A DNA stretch of 62,514 bases from Mobula hypostoma (lineage: Eukaryota), in the NCBI RefSeq assembly GCF_963921235.1, contig NC_086102.1, positions 142,352,001-142,414,514 of the forward strand. The letters are read 5' to 3'. The translations under genes and the position numbers were made by a program. Positions 37,792 to 48,595 of the stretch are shown here, in pieces. How positions within the stretch are numbered: the first letter of the stretch is position 1; each line of letters starts with the position of its first letter. A model generated the notes under the pieces. That model was not told where the DNA came from and did no database searches. It saw nothing but the letters and a program-made list of their open reading frames with translations.

Positions 37792-38485
37792 TGCATAAAA
37801 TGATGAAGGAACTCAGCAGTTTAGGCAGTATCTATGGAAATGAATAAACAGTCAACATTTCAGGCTGAGACCCTTCTTCAGGACTGAAAGAGAAGGAGGA
37901 GACTGCCAGAACAAAACAATGGGGGAAGGGAAATGAGGATACCTAGAAGGTGATAGGTGAACTTGGGTGGTTAAGAAAGACAAAGGGATAGAGAGGAACG
38001 AATCTGATAGGAGAGGAGAGGGGACCATAGGAGAAAGGGTAGGAGGAGGGGACTGGGGGAGGTGATAGACAGGTGAGAAGAATCAGGAGGCCAGAATGGG
38101 GAATAAAAGAAGAGGGGAGGGAGGAGAATTTTTTCTTACTGAAAGGGGAAATGAATCTTCATGCCACCGCATTGGAGGCTAACCAGATGGAATAAACAGT
38201 GTTGCTCCTCTGCCCTGCAGTTGGCCTCATCATGGCGCAACAGCAGTCCATTGACTAACATGGCAGAACTGGAATGGGAATTAAAATTAAAATGTTTAGC
38301 CACTGAGAAGTTCCACTTTCGGCAGATGGAATGGAGGTGCTCAGCGAAGTGGACCCCAGTTTACAATGGGTCTCACCAATGTTGAGGAGACTGCATCAGG
38401 AGCACTGGGCAGAATAGATGGCCCCAGCAGATCTGCATCTGAAGTGTTGCCTCACCTGGAAGCCGAGCAGATTCGCAGTTGAAGT
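37792..38485 (-). mobile_element. Penelope-like element 3' fragment
   Basis: Reverse complement of the sequence at about 11540-12210. Confidence 0.85.
37849..37886 (-). ncRNA. Minimal type I hammerhead ribozyme motif (CpG-decayed)
   Basis: Minus strand cagtcCTGAAGAagggtctcagcctGAAAtgttgactg, with a 5-bp helix I cagtc/gactg. Confidence 0.65.
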
Positions 38486-38789
38486 GACTTGCTAATGAGC
38501 TTCTCAAAGAGGTGATGAAGCTAATTGATGAAGGCAGAACTGTGGACATTGTCTACATGGATCTTAGTAAAGTGTTTGACAAGGTCCCTTATGGCAGGCT
38601 CATCCAGAAAATTAAGATGTGTGGAATCCATGGTCAATTAGCTGTTTGAATTCTGAATTAGCTTGCCATAGAAGACGGGGGGTAGTGGTCAAAGGGGCTT
38701 ATTCTGGCTAGAGGTCAGTGACTAGTGGTGTTGTCTGGGGGTTCTGCACTGGGTTGTATGCTGATTGTGACATATATAAATGACCTGGA

Positions 38790-39605
38790 AGAACATAAGA
38801 AATCAGAGCAGGAGTAGGCCATCTGACCAGCCAAGCCTACTCTGCCATTCAATAAGATCATGGCTGACCTGGCCATGGACTCATCTCCACATACCTGTCT
38901 TTTCCCCACAACCCTTAATTCCCTTACTATGCAAAAATCTAGCCAGCCTTGTCTTAAATATATTTACTGAGATAGCATTTACTGCTTCACTGGGCAGAGA
39001 ATTCCATAGATTCACCACTCTCTGGGAAACGCAGTTCCTCCTCATCTCCATCCTAAATCTACTCCCCCAAACCTTGAAGCTATGTCCCCTAGTTCTAGTC
39101 GCATCTACTGGTGGAAACAATTTTCCTGCCTCAATCTTATCTGGCCCTTTCAAAATGTTGCGTGTTTCTATAAGATCTCCTCTCATTCTTAATTCCAGCG
39201 AGTACAGTCCCAGGCATCTCAATCTCTCCTCATCGTCTAACCCCCTCATCTCTAGAATCAACTTGGTGAACCTCCTCTGCACCGCCTCCAAAGCCAGTAT
39301 ATCCTCCAAGTAAGGAGACCATAATGCAGGCAGTACTCCAGATGCAGCCTCACCAGTACCTTAGACAGTTGCAGCATAACCTCCCTACTCTTAAATTTAG
39401 CAATGAAGGCCAACATTCCACTTGCCTTCTTGATGGCCTGCTGCACCTGCAAACCAACCTTTTGTGATTCATAAACAGGCATTCCCAAGTCCCTTTGCAC
39501 AACAGCATGCTGCAATTTTTTTTTTACCATTTAAATAATAATCTGCTCTTTCATTTTTCCTTCCAAAGTGGATGACCTCACATTTACCAACATTGTACTC
39601 CATCC
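38790..39605 (-). mobile_element. CR1 LINE 3' fragment
   Basis: ORF 38881..39309 has LEAVQRRFTKLI, RMRGDLIET, TRGHSFK and QRVVNLWNSLP. Confidence 0.92.
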
Positions 39606-40177
39606 CAAAAAAAAGTTTATGGGTGGGTTAGTAAGTTTTCAGATGGTACAGAGCTTGGTGCTGTTGTAGATAGTGTGGAAGATTAGCAAAGGACTCAGAA
39701 GGACATAGATTCAGTTGGAGAAATGGGCAGCAGAATGCTAGATGGAGTTTGATCCAGCCAAATGTGACGTGCCATACTTTGGGAGATAAAATGTTAAGGA
39801 GACTGCTAAACAGTATTGATGAACAAGAGAATCTTGAGATCTAAGTTCATAACTCCTTGAAAGTGGCTATATAGGTTGTTATGATGGTAAGGAAGACATA
39901 TGGCACTCCTGCTTTTATTAGTGCAGGAACTGAGTTCAAGAATTGGGAGGATATGCTCCAGCTTCATAAAACTCCAGTAAGGCTGCATCTTAAGTATTAT
40001 ATTCATTTCTGGTCTCCTCACCAGAAAAAAAGCTGTCAAGACTTGGAGAGGGTGCAGAAGAGGTTTACCAGGACGGTGCCTGGATTAGAGGGCATGTGCT
40101 ATAAAGAAAAGTTGGATAAACTTGAATTATTTTCCCTGGAGCTGCAGGAGATAAAGAGAAGTTTGATAGAGATTTAT

Positions 40178-40831
40178 TTTTATTAAACAAAATAAACTTT
40201 AATAATAAAAGTATATTTACAAGAATAAACTGTTCGATGTCTTTTCAATCTTTACATACATAAGGTCAATGAGTTCTGTTCTGTTCCATTACATTTATAC
40301 ACACTAAAGGCACAGCTGCTACTCATGTGGCACTCTGTGATCCACTACTACTACTACAATTGAGGGGCTTCCTCCCACACCCAGACCCTCGCTGTCCAGC
40401 AGAAAAAGAACCCTACACCATGACTCTTCCCTACCGAGCCCTTGCAGTGGCTGCACCAGGCTTCAGTGTGTCCCTCTGCACGTGTTCCTGCAGCCTGGAA
40501 TGCACCAGTCAGCAGCATTCTTCCACTGATATCTTGATATGCTGGTAGACCAACAGTTTCAGGCAGACCAAACAGAATCTTTCACTGAGTTGGTGATCTA
40601 CCAGCGGCACCAGATATTTGTCTCCGTGTATGTTCCTGGGAACAGCCCGTAGATCAGAGAGTTCTCTGTCAAGCACCTACTTGGGATGAAATGTGATCCA
40701 GGCCCTTTCATTTTTCTTCCTACCCTTGTTGCAAGCCCACAGTCCACAAAGAGGGGAGCCACTGCATGTTCTGCACTGCAGTCATCCCACAGGCAAAGGG
40801 CTGTGGGAGTGATGCTCCTGGATGCTTGGAC
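40178..40831 (-). mobile_element. Tx1/L1-clade LINE 3' fragment
   Basis: Minus strand HFIPSRCLTENSLIYGLFPGTYTETNIW...NSVKD, typical of the Tx1 ORF2 C-terminus; A-rich tail. Perfect 10-bp TSD agagatttat (40168-40177 / 40832-40841). Confidence 0.85.
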
Positions 40832-41159
40832 AGAGATTTATAAGACTGTCAGAAATATAGATGAGTAGATAATCAGTATGTTTTTCCTGGGGCTGAAATG
40901 TCTAATATCAGAGGCATGCATGTAAGGTGAGAGGGGATAAAATGAAAGAAGATGTACAGGGCAAGTTTGGCGAGACCCTTGAATGTACTGGCAAGGATCA
41001 TGGTGGAGGCAAAAATGATAAATGTGTTCAACTCTCTCTTACATAGGTCATGAAAGTGCTCGAAATGGACAGATATGGATATTGTGCAGGCAGGAAGGTT
41101 TCGTTTAGTTGAGAATTTGATTACTAATTTAATCAGCTCAGCAAAATGGTTGGGTGGGA

Positions 41160-41435
41160 TTATAACTAGAGCTCATGGGTTAAAGATGAAAGGTGAAGAA
41201 AAGTTTAGGGGGAACATGAGGAGAAACCTCTTCACTCAGATGTTTGTAAGAGTGTGGAAGAGCTGCCAGCGGAAGTGGTGCATGTGAGCTCGATCTCAGA
41301 GAAGTTTGGATAGGTACATGGATGGTAGGGGTATGGTGTCGAAGGTCCTGGTGCAGAAGGCAGTTTAAATGGTTCAACATGGACCAGATGGGCTGAAGGA
41401 CCTGTTTCTGTGCTGTACATTTTTATGACTCTAAA
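41160..41435 (+). mobile_element. CR1 LINE extreme 3' fragment
   Basis: TRAHGLKMKG...RRNLFTQ followed by the CR1 tail gggctgaaggacctgtttctgtgctgtac. Confidence 0.8.
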
Positions 41436-42719
41436 ACATTGTGGACCAAAAGCCTGTTCCTGTGTTGTACTGTTTCATGTTTTAATTCAGTGCAATGGTT
41501 CATTTTTGCAAGATGAACTCTGTGTTTTAAAATCTGATTATGGTCCTGTCCTGATTTGAGAAAAATATATTTTTAATTCATTTGCCCAGCTCTTAGCTAA
41601 TTTTCTCCTAACACCTCCACTGCTCCAAGTAAATAAGTTCAAGTGGCTTTGAGGGATCCAGGCACCTGATTTGCAGCCTAGACAGGTTGGCACTCAATTC
41701 ACTTTAGTGGAGATGAAAATCAGGCATCGAAGTGCCAATTAGACTTGGCCACTAGGAGCTGCAGAAGAGCAGCATCAGTTAATTAGTCTTATCTGAATGC
41801 AAGCACCAGTGGGCTGAAAGTTCAGGGGTCTTATACTCAGTGGAAATGTAGTACATGTGGTTGCCCAAAATCATGGAGGAAACTAGAGCACAAGTATGTT
41901 GTCCAAGTAGGTCCTTTGTTATTCATGATCCTGCACCTGAATGCAACTTTTCTGATCAAAACGCCACCAGTAAGTGGTGACTCATGGCGTGCAGCTCCGT
42001 TGGGAATCATCAAGTATTCCCATTTAGCACTACAGCTAAAATCCACAGTCCCAGACATACTTACTTCAGTAAGCAACATTGTTTTAAAACATTTTTTAAA
42101 AAAAACTTTCAATCCTCAAAATTGGCAAAACCCAGACAGAGCAAGATTGCAGTCCCAGAGGGACATGAGGGACTGCTGCGTACTTTGCTTCATGTTGGAC
42201 AATCAGCACCAGGGGTGCATAAAAAGAATTACTTTTTAATTAGGGCAGCATTTGAGATTTTGAAGGTAGAGTTTCACGGCAGTTTCTCTGAGTTGAGGAG
42301 TGACCAATCAGCAAGAGGCAGAAAATAAAAAGAGCCACCTTTAAGTCAGGTCTGGGTTCAAGATTTACATAGCGAGCTTCGAGCCAATTTTCTCTGAGTT
42401 GGACAATCCAACCAGGGGTGTGTACAAAGTGTGCTACTTTTTAATCAGGGCAGCAATCAAGATTTTGAAGGCAGAGTATTGCAGCAGTTCCTCTGAGTTG
42501 AGGAGTGACTCATCAGCACGAGGGATTTATTACAAAGGGCCAATAAGAATAATTCAAGTTGAAGAGGAGAGGCCATTCTTTTGGAGTGTGCCAGTCTTTA
42601 GAGTGGCTTTGGCTCATATGGCTTGACTTGGGTGAGGTAGATTGTCTTGTAAGTTACTCTCTCTCTCTGTTCTTATTTGTTCATTCCTCATCTGTTAGGG
42701 CATCGTAGTTTATTGAGAA

Positions 42720-43634
42720 TGACTCCAGGGCTGTGTTATGTACTCTGTGTGGGATGTAGGAAGTCTGGGAGACCTCCAGTCTCCCTGTTAAACACATCTG
42801 CTCCGGCTACACTAAGTTGTAGGTCCTGGGAGAACGTTTTACAGAACTGGAGCTGCATCTTGATGACCTTTGACTCATTTGGGAGAATGAGGAGGTGATA
42901 GAAAGGAGCTACAGGAAGGAAGTCACCCCTAGGTTGCAGGAGACGGGTAACTGGGTGACTGTCAGGAGAAGGAGGGGAAATGCACAGCCAGTGCAGAGTA
43001 CAGCAGTGGCTATGCTCCTCAATAATAAGTATACAACTTTAGATACTATAGAGGAGGAAGACAGTGACCGGGTCTCTGGCATTGAGTCTGGTGCTGTGGC
43101 TCAGAAGAGCAGAGAGCTGAAGAGGACTGCAGTGTTGATAGGAGATTCCTTAGTCAAATGAACAGAGGCAAGGTTCTGTGGGCACAATAGAGACACCCGA
43201 ATGGTGTGTTGCCTCCCTGGTGCCAGGATCAGGGATATCTTGGATTAGGTCCATAGCATCCTCAAGGGTGAGAGCAAGCAGTCAGAAGTCTTGGTATATA
43301 TTAGCACCTATGACCAGGGTAGACAAGGTGAGGAGGTCCTGAAGAAATATCTTTGGGAGCTAGGTAGAAAACTGAGAAATAGTACCTCCAGGGTAGTAAT
43401 CTCTAGATTGTCGCCTGTGCCATATGCCATGAGGGTAAGAATAGGATGATTTGGCAGGGGAATGTGTGGCTGAGGAACTGGTGCAGGAGGCAGGGGTTCA
43501 GATTTATGGATCATTGGGATCTCTTCTGGGGAAGTGACGACATGTACAGAAGGGATGGGTTACACCTAAATTCGAGGGGGTCCAATATCCTTGCGGACAG
43601 GTTGGTGAGAGTTGTTCGGGTAGGTTTAAAGTAA
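42720..43634 (+). pseudogene. CR1 ORF1 (SGNH/GDSL esterase-like), broken
   Basis: GNWVTVRR, NKYTTLD, VLIGDSLV and WLRNWCRRQGFRFMDHWDLFWG...DGLHLN in ORFs 42895..43161 and 43446..43634. Confidence 0.85.
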
Positions 43635-45030
43635 ATTGGCAGGGGCATGTGGCCAGAGTGGTAGTGTTGAAGATGAGGGAGTTGATTTACAAGCAGAGGC
43701 AGTGTGTAAGGAGAGGCTGACAATAGGGCCACATTGTAGTCAACACAATGAGTTGCAATGTAAGGGGCAGACAAAATCGAAACCGGTGAATACAGAACTA
43801 AAGGTGTTATATTTAAATGTGTACGGTCAACAGAGTAAGGTTGATGAACCTGTAGCAGAGTTACAGATGGGCATGTATGATGTTCTAGGCATCTCTGATT
43901 GTCCAAGGATGCAGAGTTTCGAAAGGATAGGCAGGAGGGCAGATGGGTGGTGCAGCTCTGTTGGTAAAAATGAAATCAAATCATTAGAAAGGGTTGGAAG
44001 GTGTTAAATCACTGTGGCTAGAGCTAAGGAACTGCAAGGTAAATAGACCATGATGGGAATGATTATACACCCCCCAAAAAAATAGTAAGAATGTGGTCTA
44101 CAAATTACAACGGGAGATAGAAAATGCATGCCAAAAGAGTAATGTTACAATAGTCATGGGGGATTTCAATATGCACGTAGATTGGGAAAATCAGTTTGGT
44201 GTGGGATTACAAGAGGGAGAATTTCTAGAGTGCCTATGAAATGGCTTTTTAGAGCAGATCATAGTTGAGCCCACCAGGGAATCACCTATTCTGGATAGGG
44301 TGTTGTGCAATGAATCAAATTGATTAGAGAGTTTAAAGTAAAAGTACCTTTGGGGAAGGTGATCATAAAATGATCAAATTCACCCTGAAATTTGAGAAGG
44401 AGAAGCTAAAGTCTGGTGTATCAATATTACAGTGGAGCAAAGGGAATTACAGAGGCATGAGAGAGGAGTTGGCCAGAATTGATTGGAAAAGAACACTGGC
44501 AGGGATGATGGCAGAGTAGCAATGGCTGTAATTCTTGGAAACAATTCGGAAGGCACAGGATATATACAACCCAAAGAAGAAGTATTCTAAAAGCAAGATG
44601 ACACAACTATGGCTAACAAGGGAAATCAAAGACAACATAACTGCCAAAGAGAGGGCATAAAATAGAACAAATATTAGTGGGAAGTTAGAGGATTGGAAAG
44701 CTTTTCAATAATAACAGAAGGCAATTTAAAAAGCTAGATAATAATATTAAAGAGGCTACCAAATGTTTCTTCAGATACATGAAGTGTAAAAGAGAGGCGA
44801 GAGTGGATATTGGAATGCTGGAAAATGATGCTCGAGAGGTAGTAATGGGGGGACAAGGAAATGATGAATGAACTGAATAAATATTTTGCATCAATCTTCA
44901 CTGTGAAAGACACTAGCAGTATGGTGGAAGTTCCAGGTGTCAGGGTCATGAAGGGTGTATGGTTACCATAGCTGCAGTGAAGGCTCTTGGGAAACTGAAA
45001 GGTCTGAAGGTAGATAAGCCACCTGGACTA

Positions 45031-45971
45031 TAAGATATAAGAGCAGAATTAGGCCATTTGGCCCATCACATCTGCTCCACCATTTCATCAAGCCTGATTC
45101 AATTTTCTTCTCAGTCTCAATCTCCTGCCTTCTCTCCATATCCCTTCAGGCCCTGACCAATCAAGGATCTATCAACCTCTGCCTTAAATATACATAAAGA
45201 CTTGGCCTCCACAGCTGTTTGTGGCAAGAAATTCCACAGATTCACCACACTCCAGCTTAAGAAACTCCTCCTCATCTCTGTCCTAAAAGGACACCCTTCT
45301 ATTCAGAGTCTGTGTCCTCTGGTCTTAGACTCTCCCACCATAGGAAACATCCTTTCCACATCCACTCTATCAAGGCCTTTCAGTATTTGACAGATTTCAA
45401 TGAGGTCATGCTCCATTCTAGTTAATACAGGCCCAGAGCCATCAAACACTCTTCATATGACAAGCCATTCAATCCTGGAATCATTTTTGTGAACCTCCTT
45501 TGAACCCTGTCCAGTTTCAGCACATCCTTTCTAAGAAAAGGGTCCAAACCTGCTCAAAGTACTCTAAGTGAGTCCTCACCAGTCCTTTTTAAAATCACAA
45601 CATTATATCCTTGCTTCTATATTCTAGTACTCTTAAAATGAATGCTAACATTGATTTGCCTTCCTCACCAAAGACTCAACCTGCAAATTAACCTTTAAGG
45701 AATCTTGCACAAGGACTCCCAAGTCCCTTTGCACCTCAGATTTTTATATTTTCTCTCCACTTAGAAAATAGGAAACCCTTCCATTTCTTCTGCCAAAGTG
45801 TGGGACCATACACACCCCAACACTGTGTTCCATCTGCCATTTCTTTGCCCATTCTCCGAATCTGTCTAAGTCCATCTGTGTCTCTGCTTCCTCTAAACTA
45901 CCTGCTCCTCCAACTGTCTTCATATCGACTGCAAACTTTGCAACAAAACCATCAATTCCATCATCCAAACC
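45031..45971 (-). mobile_element. CR1 LINE 3' fragment nested antisense in the full-length CR1
   Basis: ORF 45744..45968 DDGIDGFVAKFAVDMK and a 3' tail at 45031. A few more bases lie at about 48661-48675. Confidence 0.9.
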
Positions 45972-46014
45972 TCAGAGGCTCCATCTTCCTCTCACTCCAA
46001 CCATCCCCTCTCCA

Positions 46015-48260
46015 TTGACACCCCCAGCCTCCCCCCTCCCCCCTCTGATCCCAGCTGTCATCCGTGCCGGGTCTTTACCATCCCCTCCGACCTTGAACTG
46101 TTGGAGGCAGAACACTCTGTTCTCAGTAAGGGCCTCACGTTTGTCCCCCTTCGCCCACACCTCAGCGAGTTCCGTGTTCGCCATGATGCGGAACTTTTCC
46201 TCCGCCGTCTCCGTCTCCGAGCCTACTTCTTCGGGGAGGACTCTTCCACCCCCACCGATGACCCCTTCTCCCATCTTCAACCCTCCTCTTCTTCATGGAC
46301 ACCCTGCTCTGGTCTTCTGCCTGCTCTGGATCTCTTTATCGCTAATTGCCGACGGGACATCAACCGTCTCGACTTCACCGCACCTTGTCCCCATTCCAAC
46401 CTCACTCCTTCGGAACGCTCTGCTCTCCACTCCCTCCGCACTAATCCTAACCTTATTATTAAACCCGCCGATAAGTGGGGGTGCTGTTGTAGTCTGGCGT
46501 ACTGACCTCTACCTTGCCGAGGCACAGCAACAACTCGCGGATACCTCCTCTTATTTACCCCTCGATCGTGACCCCACTAAGGAGCACCAGGCCATTGTCT
46601 CCCACACCATCACCGACTTTATCCGCTCAGGGAATCTCCCATCCACTGCTACCAACCTTATAGTTCCCACATCCTGCACTTCTCATTTCTACCTCCTACC
46701 CAAGATCCACAAACCTGCCTGTCCTGGCCAACCTATTGTCTCAGCTTGCTCCTGCCCCACCGAACTCGTTTCTGCATACCTCGACACGGTTTTATCACCC
46801 CTTGTTCAATCCCTTCCGACCTATGTTCGTGACATTTCTCACGCTCTTAAACTTTTCGATGATTTTAAGTTCCCTGGCCCCCACCGCTTTATTTTCACCA
46901 TGGATGTCCAATCCTTATATACTTCCATCCCCCATCAGGAAGGTCTCAAAGCTCTACGCTTCTTTTTGGATTCCAGACCTAATCAGTTCCCCTCTACCAC
47001 CACTCTGCTCCGTCTAGCAGAATTAGTCCTTACTCTTAATAATTTCTCCTTTGGCTCCTCCCACTTCCTCCAAACTAAAGGTGTAGCTATGGGCACCGTA
47101 TGGGTCCTAGCTATGCCTGCCTTTTTGTTGGGTTTGTGGAACAATCTATGTTCCGTGCCTATTCTGGTATCTGTCCCCCACTTTTCCTTCACTACCTCGA
47201 CGACTGCATTGGCGCTGCTTCCTGCACGCATGCAGAACTCGTTGACTTCATTAACTTTGCCTCCAACTTTCACCCTGCTCTCAAGTTTACCTGGTCCATT
47301 TCCGACACCTCCCTCCCCTTTCTAGATCTTTCTGTCTCTGTCTCTGGAGACAGCTTATCCACTGATGTCTACAATAAGCCTACTGACTCTCACAGCTATC
47401 TGGACTATTCCTCTTCTCACCCTGTCTCTTGCAAAAACGCCATCCCCTACTCGCAATTCCACTGTCTCCGCCGCATCTGCTCTCAGGATGAGGCTTTTCA
47501 TTCTAGGACGAGGGAGATGTCTTCCTTTTTTAAAGAAATGGGCTTCCCTTCCTCCACTATCAACTCTGCTCTTAAACGCATCTCCCCCATTTCACGTACA
47601 TCTGCTCTCACTCCATCCTCCCGCCACCCCACTAGGAATAGGGTTCCCCTGGTCCTCACCTACCACCCCACCAGCCTCCGGGTCCAACATATTATTCTCC
47701 GTAACTTCCGCCACCTCCAAAGAGATCCCACCACTAAGCACATCTTTCCCTCCCCCTCTTTCTCTGCATTCCGCAGGGATCGCTCCCTACGCAACTCTCT
47801 TGTCCGTTCGTCCCCCCCATCCCTCCCCACTGATCTCCCTCCTGGCACTTATCCGTGTAAGCGGAACAAGTGCTACACATACCCTTACACTTCCTCCCTT
47901 ACCACCATTCAGGGCCCCAAACAGTCCTTCCAGGTGAGGCAAAACTTCACCTGTGAGTCGACTGGGGTGATATACTGCTTCCGGTGCTCCCGATGTGGCC
48001 TTTTATATATTGGCGAGACCCAACACAGACTGGGAGACCGCTTTGCTGAACATCTACACTCTGTCCGCCAGAGAAAGCAGGATCTCCCACTGGCCACACA
48101 TTTTAATTCCACATCCCATTCCCATTCTGACATGTCTATCCACGGCCTCCTCTACTGTAAAGATGAAGCCACACTCAGGTTGGAGGAACAACACCTTATA
48201 TTCCGTCTGGGTAGCCTCCAACCTGATGGCATGAATATCGACTTCTCTAACTTCCGCTAA
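46015..48260 (+). pseudogene. Penelope RT and GIY-YIG endonuclease, frameshifted
   Basis: LSKGLTFVP, IIKPADK, FYLLPKIHK, MDVQSLYTSIP, QTKGVAMG, YLDD, FLDL and GVIYCFRCSRCGLLYIGET spread over three overlapping ORFs. Confidence 0.95.
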
Positions 48261-48559
48261 TGCCCCACCTCCCCCTCGTACCCCATCTGTTACTTATTTT
48301 TATGCACACACTCTTTCTCTCAGTCTCCTTTTTCTCCCTCTGTCCCTCTGAATATACCTCTTGCCCATCCTCTAGGTCCCCTCCCCCACTTTCTTGTCTT
48401 TCTTCCCGGACCTCCTGTCCCATGATCCTCTCGTATCCCTTTTGCCAATCACCTGTCCAGCTCTCGGCTCTATCCCTCCCCCTCCTGTCTTCTCCTATCA
48501 TTTTGGATCTCCCCCTCCCCCTCCAACTTTCAAATCCCTTACTCACTCTTCCTTCAGTT

Positions 48560-48595
48560 AGTCCTGACGAAGGGTCTCGGCCTGAAACGTCGACT
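48560..48595 (+). ncRNA. Intact minimal type I hammerhead ribozyme
   Basis: agtc-CTGACGA-agg(gtctcgg)cct-GAAA-cgTC-gact. Helix I agtc/gact, full core, GUC triplet; predicted cleavage after 48591. Confidence 0.85.

Larger units (their letters stand above)
37270..41482 (+). mobile_element. Old CR1 ORF2 copy hosting four nested insertions
   Basis: Collinear CR1 ORF2 pieces at about 37270-37790, 38485-38790, 39610-40177 (ORF 39881..40186), 40832-41130 and a tail at 41440-41482. Confidence 0.8.
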
